NCBI GenBank assembly: GCA_965212125.1
Contig: OZ243045.1
Location: forward strand, 1,909,521-1,973,520
DNA length: 64,000 bases
Direction of reading: 5' to 3'
From: Candidatus Poriferisodalaceae bacterium
GTDB lineage: Bacteria; Actinomycetota; Acidimicrobiia; Acidimicrobiales; Poriferisodalaceae
The stretch's first letter is position 1; the number at the start of each line of letters is the position of its first letter. The notes under the pieces were generated by a model, which searched no databases, was not told the origin of the DNA, and saw only the letters and a list, made by a program, of their open reading frames with translations. Positions 18,738 to 28,069 of this stretch are shown one piece after another. Position numbers and translations under genes: made by a program.

Positions 18738-19043
18738 TCAGAACGGCTCTTTCTCTGCGTCCGACTCTGTGCCCGGTTGAGTGTCTGTGTCTAGCTGAGC
18801 GACGATTTTTGTTACCGATGCTTCAGCGGCGGCTAGTCGGCCGCGGCAGTTATTGATGAGGGCGGCTGCGCGCTCCACTAGCGACCCAAGCTTGTCGATG
18901 TCGACGCTGTTTGAGTTCAAGTACGTCAGGATGGTTTCGATTTCTTGGAGAGCGTCGGCGTAGCCGAGATCGGTGTTGGCGGGCGCGGCGCCAGTCTGAG
19001 TGGGCGCGGCGTCGGCGGGTGGCATGGTGTTTGATTCGGTCAT
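18738..19043 (-). CDS. xseB: exodeoxyribonuclease VII small subunit
   Basis: 101-aa helical protein (ALQEIETILTYL...LVERAAALINNCRGRL) immediately downstream of xseA. Confidence 0.85.
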   Translation of the reverse strand: MTESNTMPPADAAPTQTGAAPANTDLGYADALQEIETILTYLNSNSVDIDKLGSLVERAAALINNCRGRLAAAEASVTKIVAQLDTDTQPGTESDAEKEPF

Positions 19044-19062
19044 TGGTTGATCTCGCTTTTTG

Positions 19063-20457
19063 TTAGTTGCTTACGGAGTCATTGACGGTGCTGCGAATGC
19101 TGCCAGCTTGCGTGGTGGTTACTAGCTCGTCGTTCGGCTCCGGCAACGTGCGAACGACGCTGCCGTCGGCGTTGCGGGTTATTGAAAATCCCCGCTCCAA
19201 GATCCGCTTCGGGTCGTGCGAATGGATCAGATCTTTGTAGTGCGTCAAGTCGGTCTGCGCCGCCGCCAGTAGGCGTGCGCTGGTCTGGTTCAGATTTTCT
19301 GCCGTCCTGGCCAGCGTGCTCTCGGCATTGCTGACGGCGAGCTCGGCGTTGCGGTGCAGCTGATTGAATGCGCCATCCAGGCGGATGTTCGCTTGCGCGA
19401 GATGATTGGTTACCGCCGAGCGCACCGAGTGTGAATGCTGGCGCATCGCCGCCTTGGCGGTTTGAGTTATGGCGGCGACACGGTGGCTGAGCGTTTGCGC
19501 GCTGTGGGCGAGGCTTGCGTTGTAGGCGGCGACCATTTCGACCAGCGCGTCCGCGCAAGCGGTGGGGGTCTTGTAGGTGCTGTGCGCGACGTGGTCAACC
19601 ACCGATTCGTCAATCTCATGGCCGATGCCGACCACCATCGGCAGCGAGCAGTTGGCGACTGCGCGAGCGACCGGTTCGGTGTCAAACGCCAGCAGGTCAG
19701 TGCGACCTCCGCCGCCTCGCACCATGGCGATCACGTCAAGCGGCGCGGCGCTTGACGCTTGGCGCGGCGCCTCAGCCGAATACCGCTCCAGCGTTGCGAT
19801 CGCTGCCACCAGGCTCGCTGGCGCATCGGCACCTTGCACCCTCGCATCGCACAGCACCACCTCAAAGGCGTAGCCGCTATTGCGAAGCTCGTCCAAGAAA
19901 TCCGCACAGGCCGCACTGCCGTCGGAAGTAACCAAGCCGACCCGCAGCGGCACCGGCGGCAGCGGACGCAGCTTGTTTTTCTCTAGCAGCCCGCCGTCGG
20001 CCAGCGCTTGCAGCAGCCGCTCACGACTGACGGCAAGCTGCCCGATCGTGAAGGCCGGATCGATGTCGCGCATGAGCAGTTGTGCTTGCGAGCGTTGCGC
20101 GTAGTAGGCGACGTCGCCCGCCACGCGGATTTCAATCCCGTCTTCCAGGTTGAGCCCAGTGCCGGCTAGGGCGGCATCAACGCTGCGGCGCGCACCAGCG
20201 AACAGGGCTACGGGGAGTTTGGCGGTGCTCTTGTCGGCCGAAGCGCCCTGCTCAATCAGCGTGAAGTAGGCGTGCCCGCTCGGCGCAGCGTGGAAGCCGG
20301 TTATTTCGCCGCGCACCCAGATGCGTGTTGGGAACGCCTGACTGAACGCTTCGGTGATGGCGTCGCTTAGCTCGGCGACGCTCCAGGTTGCGTCTGGCTG
20401 GTCGGCGCCGTTATCGGCTGGCGTATCGCCGGCTGCCGCGGCTTGGTCTGCGCTCAC
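19063..20457 (-). CDS. xseA: exodeoxyribonuclease VII large subunit
   Basis: OB-fold N-terminus (WVRGEITGF...GHAYFTL), catalytic core (VVRGGGGRTDLLAFD, GIGHEID) and coiled-coil C-terminus. GTG start. Confidence 0.9.
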   Translation of the reverse strand: MSADQAAAAGDTPADNGADQPDATWSVAELSDAITEAFSQAFPTRIWVRGEITGFHAAPSGHAYFTLIEQGASADKSTAKLPVALFAGARRSVDAALAGTGLNLEDGIEIRVAGDVAYYAQRSQAQLLMRDIDPAFTIGQLAVSRERLLQALADGGLLEKNKLRPLPPVPLRVGLVTSDGSAACADFLDELRNSGYAFEVVLCDARVQGADAPASLVAAIATLERYSAEAPRQASSAAPLDVIAMVRGGGGRTDLLAFDTEPVARAVANCSLPMVVGIGHEIDESVVDHVAHSTYKTPTACADALVEMVAAYNASLAHSAQTLSHRVAAITQTAKAAMRQHSHSVRSAVTNHLAQANIRLDGAFNQLHRNAELAVSNAESTLARTAENLNQTSARLLAAAQTDLTHYKDLIHSHDPKRILERGFSITRNADGSVVRTLPEPNDELVTTTQAGSIRSTVNDSVSN

Positions 20458-20517
20458 GGCCTAAAGGTACCCGCCGCCTCGGCTGCGTCTCTTGGAGTTT
20501 CCTTTACCCTCGCCTGC

Positions 20518-20607
20518 GGAAGGTTGCCAGAGCGGACGAATGGGACGGTCTCGAAAACCGTTGTGGCTCTCGGGTCACCGTGGGTTCGAATCCCACACCT
20601 TCCGCCA
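20518..20607 (+). tRNA. tRNA-Ser (anticodon CGA), CCA encoded
   Basis: Acceptor GGAAGGT/ACCTTCC. Anticodon stem ACGGT/ACCGT with loop CTCGAAA. Long variable arm. T-arm GGTTCGAATCC. 3' GCCA. Confidence 0.9.
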
Positions 20608-20635
20608 ACTTGCTGCCAGCGACGATCGGAGTGGT

Positions 20636-21163
20636 CTAGCGCCGGTCGGCGAAGAACAGCCGCAGCAGTTCGCCGCACTCTTCTTGCTTGATGCCGCTGG
20701 TCACCTCGCACTGGTGATTCAGCCGTGGGTCAACCAGCACGTTATATAGCGTGCCCGCTGCACCAGCTTTCGGGTCAAAGGCGCCAAACACCACTCGCTT
20801 CACCCGTGAAAACACCGCTGCGCCGGCACACATGGGGCAGGGCTCAAGCGTGGTTACCAGGGTCGTGTCGTCAAGATGCCAGGTGTCAAGCGCCGCGGCG
20901 GCATCACGCAGCGCCAGCACTTCGGCGTGGGCGGTGGGGTCGCCTGTTTGGCGGCGTTCGTTATGGCGAGCGGCGAGCACGCGGTCGCCGAGCAGCACCA
21001 CCGAGCCCACCGGCACGTTGCCGATCTCCGATGCCAGCCGAGCCTGCTCCAAGGCGAGCTCCATGGCATCCGCGTCGCTGATGATGTTGTTGCCACTGGC
21101 GTTGCTGCTGCCGCGATCGCTGCCACTGCTGCCGCTGCCGTCGGCGCCGTCGCCCGGCACCAT
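20636..21163 (-). CDS. tadA: tRNA-specific adenosine deaminase
   Basis: HAEVLALR and EPCPMCAGA zinc motifs. I trimmed the 207-aa track ORF to ATG 21163 because its 5' part is the tRNA-Ser gene. Confidence 0.85.
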   Translation of the reverse strand: MVPGDGADGSGSSGSDRGSSNASGNNIISDADAMELALEQARLASEIGNVPVGSVVLLGDRVLAARHNERRQTGDPTAHAEVLALRDAAAALDTWHLDDTTLVTTLEPCPMCAGAAVFSRVKRVVFGAFDPKAGAAGTLYNVLVDPRLNHQCEVTSGIKQEECGELLRLFFADRR

Positions 21164-21176
21164 GTCTTTCTTCACG

Positions 21177-21265
21177 CGGAGAGTGTGGGATTCGAACCCA
21201 CGGAGGCCGATAAAAACCTCACACGCTTTCCAAGCGAGCCCATTCGTCCACTCTGGCAACTCTCC
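21177..21265 (-). tRNA. tRNA-Ser (anticodon GGA)
   Basis: Reverse complement GGAGAGTTGCCAGAGTGGACGAATGGG...TTGGAAA...GTGGGTTCGAATCCCACACTCTCCG. One U-U mismatch in the anticodon stem. CCA is not encoded. Confidence 0.88.
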
Positions 21266-21271
21266 ATGTCA

Positions 21272-21396
21272 TCGCCCCACGAGGCGGCCAGGCGATCTGC
21301 GGCACACGACGAGTTCCACTGAGAGCTGCTGCCTTCCGGCCCTGACTCGGTTCGCGGGTCGCCGTTGCACAGGACCCGACCGCCACGAAGGGCGAC
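21272..21396 (-). ncRNA. ffs: signal recognition particle RNA (small/4.5S type)
   Basis: The minus strand contains GAGTCAGGGCCGGAAGGCAGCAGC, which matches the conserved domain IV motif GUCAGGUCCGGAAGGAAGCAGC. The flanks pair into a long hairpin (TCGCCCTTCGTGGCGGTC with GGCCGCCTCGTGGGGCGA). Ends are approximate. Confidence 0.75.
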
Positions 21397-21507
21397 GCAG
21401 CTAGCAGGGTAATGCTGCCGCCCAGCCAAACATCGCCCAGCCAAGCAGCCAACAGGCAGCCAAACGGTGCGGTCGCAGTGTCCTACCCATAACTAGGATC
21501 AGCAGGC

Positions 21508-23565
21508 ATGGCATACCAATCGCTCTACCGCCGATTCCGACCGCAGCGCTTTGACGAGGTCATCGGGCAGGAGCATCTGGTGCGTGCGCTACGCAACGCG
21601 CTGGTTGAGGATCGGGTGGGTCACGCCTATCTGCTGAGCGGGCCGCGTGGCACCGGCAAAACATCGACGGCGCGGATTCTGGCGAAGGCGCTCAACTGCG
21701 ACCAGCTGAGCGACGCCGCTGAGCCGTGCGGCGAGTGCGACCGCTGCGTCTCAATTGAGAACGGCTCCTCGCTGGAACTCATCGAGCTAGATGCGGCATC
21801 GCACAACTCCGTCAACGACATCCGTGATCTGGTCACCTCCGCCGCGCTGGGTGTGGCTGGCCGCCGGAAGGTCTACCTATTAGACGAGGTGCACATGCTG
21901 AGCGTCGCCGCCGCCAACGCATTGCTGAAAACTTTGGAAGAGCCGCCCGCCCACGTGGTGTTCATCTTGGCGACCACCGATCCGCAGAAGGTGCTCCCCA
22001 CCATCCGCAGCCGCACGCAACACATTGAGCTGTCTCTGGTCGGCGCTGCCGAGATAGCCGAGCATCTGCGCCACATCGCTGCACGAGCCGACATTGAGCT
22101 GACCGATGAGATGGTCGATTATTTGGTTGAGCGTGGAGCCGGCTCGGTGCGAGACGCTTTGTCGGCACTTGATCAAGTCGCGGCTGCTGGCGGCATCCCG
22201 ACGGGACGTTCCGATGCGACCGAGCTTGTTGGTGCCTTGGTCCGCGGCGACTTGGCGGCGGCGTTGGCAGCGATCGCAACGGCAGTGGCCGAAGGAGCCG
22301 ACCCGCGTGATCTGGCTGTGCGCACCACCACCCGATTGCGGGACATGTTTTTGGTGGCTAACGGCGCGGCGGTAAATCAAATGCTTGCCGCCGAGGCGGA
22401 CGAGTGCCGTGCGCTGGCCGAGCAGATGGGGCTGCGCGCCATAGTGCGGGCGCTTGAGTTGCTGGGTGTGGCGCTGGCGCAGATGCCTCAATCAACCGAC
22501 CGCAGGCTGACTTTGGAAGCGGCGATAGTGCAGCTGTTGGCTGACTTTGGTGGTGAGTCGTCGCAGCCGGCGGCTGCACGCCCCACGCAAGAGCCAGCGA
22601 CCGGAGCTAGCGCCACCGCGTCGGGCAACGCGACAACGGGCAATGCAGCAGCGAACGAGCAGCCGAGTTCGGAGTCAGCCAAGCAGCCCGCCGCGCAAGC
22701 CGCCGCTTCACCTACGCCCGCGCCCAAAGCAGCATCCGAGACAGTGCCCGCGCCAACGGCAAAATCAGCACCCGAATCAGCGGCTGGCACTTCACCGGTG
22801 GGGGAGATTCGATCCGCTGCCGCACCCGCGTCGGACTCAAAAGGCTCACTAACCGCAGAACAGATAAAGACAGGTAAAGAAGAAGCGGCGAAGGCGTTGG
22901 CGGCGCTGAAGAATGGAACGAAGGCAACACCGCAGGCGTCGGCGTCGCCCGCACCGGCAGAGTCCGTGCTGTCAGAGCCAGTGGAGCCAACCCCATCGCC
23001 CGCGCCGACTGCGCAAGCAGGATTAACCGCGACGGACATAAGTGGGCGCTGGAACGAAACGATGGAAGCGATTGCAAAAGCTGGTGACAAGGGCTTCTTC
23101 GCAGATGCGGTGGTCACCAAGGTTGAGGGTGAAAGTGTGTGGCTGGGGCTTTCGCCTGGAACTCCGCTAGACCAAGCGGAAGGCCGCGTGGACAGCTTGG
23201 TTCAAGCGCTGGGCGCGGTATTTGGGAAGCCCTTGACCGTGCAGCTTGCCGCGCCGCCGAGTAGCGGTTCGCCGGTCGGTCCATCGTCGGCTAGTTCGCC
23301 ACCGGCTAGCGAGCAGCCAGCAGCCAGTCCGGCGCCGGATAACACCACAACGACCACCACGATGACCGTCGCCACGGAACCTGCCACGCCGGCATCCACT
23401 GCCGCTCCGTCGCGTACCGCGTCTGCGGCCGCCGCTGAAGCCACGGCTTCATATGCGCCGGGGCTCATCCAGCAGCTCGCAAAAAACACCAGCGCGGCTG
23501 AGATGCAAGCAGTCCAAAAGGTGATGGATTTCTTCCCAGGATCGCGCCTCATACAAAACGACTGA
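21508..23565 (+). CDS. dnaX: DNA polymerase III subunit tau/gamma
   Basis: GPRGTGKTS Walker A, the Zn module CGECDRC, LLDEVHML, and a long Ala/Pro/Ser-rich linker. Confidence 0.95.
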   Translation: MAYQSLYRRFRPQRFDEVIGQEHLVRALRNALVEDRVGHAYLLSGPRGTGKTSTARILAKALNCDQLSDAAEPCGECDRCVSIENGSSLELIELDAASHNSVNDIRDLVTSAALGVAGRRKVYLLDEVHMLSVAAANALLKTLEEPPAHVVFILATTDPQKVLPTIRSRTQHIELSLVGAAEIAEHLRHIAARADIELTDEMVDYLVERGAGSVRDALSALDQVAAAGGIPTGRSDATELVGALVRGDLAAALAAIATAVAEGADPRDLAVRTTTRLRDMFLVANGAAVNQMLAAEADECRALAEQMGLRAIVRALELLGVALAQMPQSTDRRLTLEAAIVQLLADFGGESSQPAAARPTQEPATGASATASGNATTGNAAANEQPSSESAKQPAAQAAASPTPAPKAASETVPAPTAKSAPESAAGTSPVGEIRSAAAPASDSKGSLTAEQIKTGKEEAAKALAALKNGTKATPQASASPAPAESVLSEPVEPTPSPAPTAQAGLTATDISGRWNETMEAIAKAGDKGFFADAVVTKVEGESVWLGLSPGTPLDQAEGRVDSLVQALGAVFGKPLTVQLAAPPSSGSPVGPSSASSPPASEQPAASPAPDNTTTTTTMTVATEPATPASTAAPSRTASAAAAEATASYAPGLIQQLAKNTSAAEMQAVQKVMDFFPGSRLIQND

Positions 23566-23630
23566 CCAGGAACAACCAACCAGGAACAGCCGGCAACTTC
23601 CCAAGCAACTTCCCAACAAGCCAGATCTGC

Positions 23631-24221
23631 ATGTACGACGGACCAATCCAAGACCTCATTGACGAACTGGGGCGACTACCAGGCATCGGGCCGACCGGCG
23701 CGCAACGCATCGCATTTCATTTGCTAAAGGGGCCGCGCGCAGAAGCCGACCGCCTGGCCGAGTCCATCACCACCGCTATGGCGCGGGTGGGTCGCTGTCA
23801 GCTTTGCTGGAATATTTCAGAGCGAGACCCTTGCCAGCTGTGCTCCGACCCCAACCGGCAAACGGGTGCGCTTTGCGTTGTTGAAGATCCCAAAGGGGTG
23901 GTGGTGCTTAACCGTGCCGGGTTCACCGGCCGCTATCACGTGCTAGGTGGCACGCTCAGCCCGGTTGACGGAATCGGCCCTGAGCATTTGCGAATCCGTG
24001 AGCTGCTTGCCCGGCTGCGCCCCGAGCAGGTTGAAGAACTGATCGTCTGCACCAACCCCAACATTGAAGGCGACACCACCGCTATGTACTTGGCTAAGCA
24101 GGTTGAGCCGCTCGGCGTGAAAGTGACTCGCCTGGCGAGCGGGCTGCCGGTCGGCAGCGATCTGGAGTACGCGGACGAGCAAACGCTTGAGCGCGCGCTG
24201 GAGCACCGCCAGGTCTTGTAG
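23631..24221 (+). CDS. recR: recombination protein RecR
   Basis: LPGIGPTGAQRIAFHLL HhH motif, C4 zinc finger CQLCWNISERDPCQLC, and a Toprim region. Confidence 0.95.
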   Translation: MYDGPIQDLIDELGRLPGIGPTGAQRIAFHLLKGPRAEADRLAESITTAMARVGRCQLCWNISERDPCQLCSDPNRQTGALCVVEDPKGVVVLNRAGFTGRYHVLGGTLSPVDGIGPEHLRIRELLARLRPEQVEELIVCTNPNIEGDTTAMYLAKQVEPLGVKVTRLASGLPVGSDLEYADEQTLERALEHRQVL

Positions 24222-24292
24222 CCACCGCGGGTTCTGTTGCTGCTGCGATGGGCTGGAGCACCGCCGCAGCCACCGCCGCAGCCACCACATCC

Positions 24293-24311
24293 GCCGAGCA
24301 ACCAGCTCGGC
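24293..24311 (+). terminator. weak candidate hairpin downstream of recR
   Basis: GCCGAGC-aacca-GCTCGGC 7-bp stem, but it is followed by TAAAAATAATT rather than a T-run. Confidence 0.3.
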
Positions 24312-24393
24312 TAAAAATAATTCAAGACGACACGGCGACTTTTGAGTAGTGAAATGCCCTCAGTAGCAAAACGCCACCCAAATAGGAGAAGCC

Positions 24394-24840
24394 ATGTCGT
24401 CAAAACCGTCGTCAAATTCATCGTCAGATTCATCATCGTCAAAACCGTCCAAGCGCGAACTGAAGCGCCCAATAACCATCCACCTACCCGAATCCGACAC
24501 CGGCATATCGGTGAACACGCGATCCGAAGCACGTTGTCTGTCGCACACGGCCAATGCGCCCGGCGCGCAACTGATCGCCGTGCTGGCTGGCGAAGATCGC
24601 GAGCTGCGAGCTTTCGCCACCGGTCACGAAGACCTGATCCAGGCCATGATTGAAGACGCCTACCCGTTCGTGTGCCTCATCGACCTGCTCGAGGCGCAGG
24701 CAGTCTGGATTTTTGTGCCGGCAGATGATTGTGATGCGGTGCGCCGAAGCCTGCGAAACGCGCTTGAGCAACGCAGCGGAGTCATCGAGCTAGATGTGAC
24801 CGGCTTGGAGGAGTCGGCGCTGCCGCGTTCCGTCTGTTGA
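24394..24840 (+). CDS. hypothetical protein, Ser-rich N-terminus
   Basis: 148-aa ORF with a good SD (AGGAGA 7 nt upstream of the ATG) and an AT-rich upstream spacer. No family recognised. Confidence 0.5.
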   Translation: MSSKPSSNSSSDSSSSKPSKRELKRPITIHLPESDTGISVNTRSEARCLSHTANAPGAQLIAVLAGEDRELRAFATGHEDLIQAMIEDAYPFVCLIDLLEAQAVWIFVPADDCDAVRRSLRNALEQRSGVIELDVTGLEESALPRSVC

Positions 24841-24876
24841 TGTGATTCGGCGTAAGCCCACTAGCTTGCGCTACCT

Positions 24877-26235
24877 GTGGAGCACATTCTTGAAGCAATA
24901 AATGCCGGAGCCGACGGCACGGAGATAGCGGCGCTGCCGATCCCCGATCATTACCGCGCGGCTTATGTGCAGCGCGACGAGCAGACAATGTTTGAGGGCG
25001 TGCCTTCGGCCGACAAAGACCCGCGCAAATCGATCCACATCGGCGAGGTGCCCACACCCGAGCTTGCCCCCGACGAGGTCTATCTAGCGGTGATGGCCAG
25101 CGCGATCAATTTCAACACGGTCTGGTCGTCAATTTTTGAGCCGCTGCCGACGTTCGGATTTCTCGACCGACTAGGTCGCGAGAGCCGTTGGGGTGCCCGC
25201 CACGCTCTGGATCAGCACGTGCTGGGATCGGACGCCGCCGGGGTGGTGCTGCAGTGCGGCACGGCGGTGCGCAACTGGCGGCCGGGCGATCACGTAGCCG
25301 TGCATTGCAACTACGTCGACGATCAAGATCCCGCCGCCCACGAAGATTCGATGATGGCGTCAAACCAGCGCATCTGGGGATTTGAAAGCAACTTCGGCGG
25401 GCTGGCTGACCTGTCGATCGTGAAGGCAAACCAGCTAATGCCCAAGCCAAGTCATCTCAGTTGGGAAGAGTCGGCGGTCAACGCATTGTGCGCCTCCACG
25501 TCATACCGAATGTTGGTGGGCGATAACGCGGCGCGCATGAAGCAGGGCGACGCGGTGCTGATTTGGGGGGCTTCGGGTGGGCTGGGCGGCTACGCGTGCC
25601 AGCTAGTACTGAACGGCGGCGGCGTACCCGTCGGGGTCGTCAGCTCTGACGACAAGGCCGACCTGCTTCATCGGCTAGGGGTTGAGCACGTCATCAACCG
25701 CAAAGACGAGAACTTCCAGTTTTGGAAAGACCCAAACAACCAAGACGAAAGCGAATGGCGCCGCTTCGGCAAAAGGGTTCGCTCGCTCATCGGCGATGAT
25801 CCCGACATCGTGTTTGAGCATCCCGGCCGCTCAACGATGGGCGCATCCGTGTTCGTGGCGCGGCGCGGCGGGAAGATCGTTACCTGTGCGGCCACCTCGG
25901 GCTACATGATTGAGTACGACAACCGGCATCTGTGGATGAAGCTGAAGCAAATCGTGTCAAGCCATTTTGCGAACTACTCAGAGGCGTGGGAGATGAACCG
26001 ACTGATCGACCAAGGCCGCATTCACCCGATTCTGTCAAAGGTTTACGATCTGGTTGACACCGGCGAGGCTGCTCTGGCCGTGCATCAAAACGCGCACGAG
26101 GGCAAGCTGGGTGTGCTTTGTCTGGCAAAGGAGTCGGGGCAGGGCATCACCGATCCGGAAAAGCGTGAGCGGGTTGGGCCTGACGCGATCACGCTCTTTT
26201 CACAGCACGCCGCCGAGCTAGAGAAAGCCAGCTAG
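24877..26235 (+). CDS. ccr: crotonyl-CoA carboxylase/reductase
   Basis: 452-aa MDR-family enzyme with Ccr-typical blocks: MASAINFNTVW, RIWGFESNFGGLADL, GASGGLG. GTG start. Confidence 0.85.
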   Translation: MEHILEAINAGADGTEIAALPIPDHYRAAYVQRDEQTMFEGVPSADKDPRKSIHIGEVPTPELAPDEVYLAVMASAINFNTVWSSIFEPLPTFGFLDRLGRESRWGARHALDQHVLGSDAAGVVLQCGTAVRNWRPGDHVAVHCNYVDDQDPAAHEDSMMASNQRIWGFESNFGGLADLSIVKANQLMPKPSHLSWEESAVNALCASTSYRMLVGDNAARMKQGDAVLIWGASGGLGGYACQLVLNGGGVPVGVVSSDDKADLLHRLGVEHVINRKDENFQFWKDPNNQDESEWRRFGKRVRSLIGDDPDIVFEHPGRSTMGASVFVARRGGKIVTCAATSGYMIEYDNRHLWMKLKQIVSSHFANYSEAWEMNRLIDQGRIHPILSKVYDLVDTGEAALAVHQNAHEGKLGVLCLAKESGQGITDPEKRERVGPDAITLFSQHAAELEKAS

Positions 26236-26291
26236 GGCAAGCCAGCTAGGGCAAGCCAACCGGGCAAGCTGCTCCAGAGAAAGGCGCGCTG

Positions 26292-26693
26292 ATGTTGCTA
26301 ACCGAAATAGACCACGTGGCGATTGCCGTGAAAGACCTTGACGCGGCGGTGGCTTATTACCAGGCGGCGTTCGGGGCGGAAGTGTCGCACCGTGAAACCG
26401 TTGAAAGCGACGGGGTGGAAGAAGTGCTGCTGGCGGTCGCCGATAGCTACATCCAGCTCATCACCCCGACCCGCGCCGATTCACCCGTCGCCAAATACCT
26501 AGAAAAAACAGGCGAAGGCTTGCACCACGTCGGCTATCGGGTTGAGGACTGCGCCGCAGCATTGGCCGCGATGATCAGCGCCGGTGCCACGCCCATCGAC
26601 ACCGTGCCACGCCCGGGTTCACGCAACACAACCGTAGCGTTCGTGCACCCCAAAGGTAATCTCGGCACGCTTGTGGAGCTAGTCCAGGACTAG
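26292..26693 (+). CDS. mce: methylmalonyl-CoA/ethylmalonyl-CoA epimerase (VOC family)
   Basis: 133 aa with IDHVAIAV...GLHHVGYRV...VAFVHPK blocks typical of the epimerase. Confidence 0.85.
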   Translation: MLLTEIDHVAIAVKDLDAAVAYYQAAFGAEVSHRETVESDGVEEVLLAVADSYIQLITPTRADSPVAKYLEKTGEGLHHVGYRVEDCAAALAAMISAGATPIDTVPRPGSRNTTVAFVHPKGNLGTLVELVQD

Positions 26694-26812
26694 CTTGCGG
26701 GATTGCCGTGAGATTGTCTGCGCCGCCCTTGCCGCGCCGACTAGCTTGCGGCTAGATCGCTCAACTAGATCGCTCAAATAGATCAAGTCAAAAAATTCAG
26801 GAGAATCCATAA

Positions 26813-27967
26813 ATGACGCCAATTACTAAGCCAGGAAAATCGCGCAAGTCGCGTTCGCCGTTCTTTGCGTTACTGGCGGTGTTGATGTCGCTGGTGCTGT
26901 TTGCCGCTGCTTGCGGTAGCAGCGACGACGATGAAACCGTTGAGCCTGCCGACGATGCAGCGGAGACCGGTGGCGGTGCCGCTGAATCCGAAGAACCCGC
27001 CGCTGAGGAAGACGCTGAACCGGCGCCCCAGTATTCAATCGGCCTTGTAACCGACACCGGCAAGGTAGACGACAAGAGCTTCAACCAGTCCGCCTGGGAA
27101 GGTGTGCTAGAGGCTGCTGATGGCCTAGAAGACGAAGGTGTGGAGGTGTCGACTCGATTTATTGAGACCGAAGCCGCCAAGGATTACGAAAACAACATCG
27201 GCCTGTTTGTAGAAGACGGCGTTGATCTGATCGTTACCGTCGGGTTCGGCCTCGCCGCTGCGACGGCCGCTGCAGCCGAAGCTAACCCGGACATTTTGTT
27301 TGTCGGCGTTGACCAGTTCCTAGGCGACGATTCGCTTGCAAACCTGGCTGGCCTGATCTTTGAAGAAGACAAGTCTGGATTCTTGGCCGGTGCGCTGGCC
27401 GGGCTGCTGACCCAAACCAACAAGGTTGGTGCCGTGCTCGGTACAGACCTTGTTCCGCCGGTCGTGGCGTTTAAAGAAGGCTGGGAGAACGGCGCCCGCT
27501 ACACCAATCCTGATGTGGAGACGATTTCCACCTATCACCCAGGCGGCCTAGACACGGCGTTTGGTGATCCGGAGTGGGGAGCGACCACCGCCCGCCAAGC
27601 GCTAGATCAGGGTGCAGACATCATCTTCGGTGCTGGTGGTGCCACGGGCAACGGCGCACTTATTGAAGTCGCTAGCCAGGAAGGTGCGCTTTGCGTAGGT
27701 GTTGACACCGATCAGTGGCTCACCGTGCCAGAGTCGCGACCGTGCTTGGTGACGAGTGCCGTGAAGCGAATCGCACCCGGCGTTGCCAACCTCATTTGGA
27801 ACGGTTACGACGGAGCTTTCCCGGCGGGTAACTACGTCGGCACCGTTGGGCTGGCCGATCACTACGACTTTGAATCTCTCGTTACCGCCGAGATTCAAGC
27901 CACGTTGGATGAGGTCGAGGCTGGCTTGGCCGACGGCAGCATCGCCACGGGCTATCCGCTCCCATAG
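26813..27967 (+). CDS. BMP-family ABC transporter substrate-binding lipoprotein (nucleoside/purine type)
   Basis: Lipobox FAAACG. VTDTGKVDDKSFNQSAWEG block typical of the Bmp/PnrA family. Confidence 0.85.
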   Translation: MTPITKPGKSRKSRSPFFALLAVLMSLVLFAAACGSSDDDETVEPADDAAETGGGAAESEEPAAEEDAEPAPQYSIGLVTDTGKVDDKSFNQSAWEGVLEAADGLEDEGVEVSTRFIETEAAKDYENNIGLFVEDGVDLIVTVGFGLAAATAAAAEANPDILFVGVDQFLGDDSLANLAGLIFEEDKSGFLAGALAGLLTQTNKVGAVLGTDLVPPVVAFKEGWENGARYTNPDVETISTYHPGGLDTAFGDPEWGATTARQALDQGADIIFGAGGATGNGALIEVASQEGALCVGVDTDQWLTVPESRPCLVTSAVKRIAPGVANLIWNGYDGAFPAGNYVGTVGLADHYDFESLVTAEIQATLDEVEAGLADGSIATGYPLP

Positions 27968-28069
27968 CGTCTGATTATCTGACGCAGCGCTACTAGCGGC
28001 ATAGCTATTAGCACGCAAGAAGGCAGTGATTCGGGCAGTGATGCCCAGTCGCCAAGCCGCATAACAGCC

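Noticed and set aside
20636-21259. The 207-aa ORF taken as full-length tadA
   Set aside because: Its first 32 codons are the antisense-free reading of the tRNA-Ser(GGA) gene (the GFESH peptide comes from the T-arm). I trimmed it to ATG 21163.
21508-23565. A programmed frameshift or slippage site in dnaX producing a gamma subunit
   Set aside because: There is no A AAA AAG-type heptamer and no long A-run in the appropriate region. The only A6 run (about 23479) is near the C-terminus.
23566-23630. The expected ybaB/ebfC gene between dnaX and recR
   Set aside because: The interval is only 65 nt. It contains short direct repeats (CCAGGAACA x2, CAACTTCCCAA x2) and no ORF. The absence is recorded, but synteny is not universal in Actinomycetota, so I did not score it as a finding on its own.
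26694-26812. A riboswitch or leader upstream of the BMP ABC transporter (similar spacers upstream of ask, pccB and mtnA were also checked)
   Set aside because: I saw only short direct repeats (CTAGATCGCTCAA x2) and an SD. No conserved riboswitch core sequence that I can recognise by eye is present.
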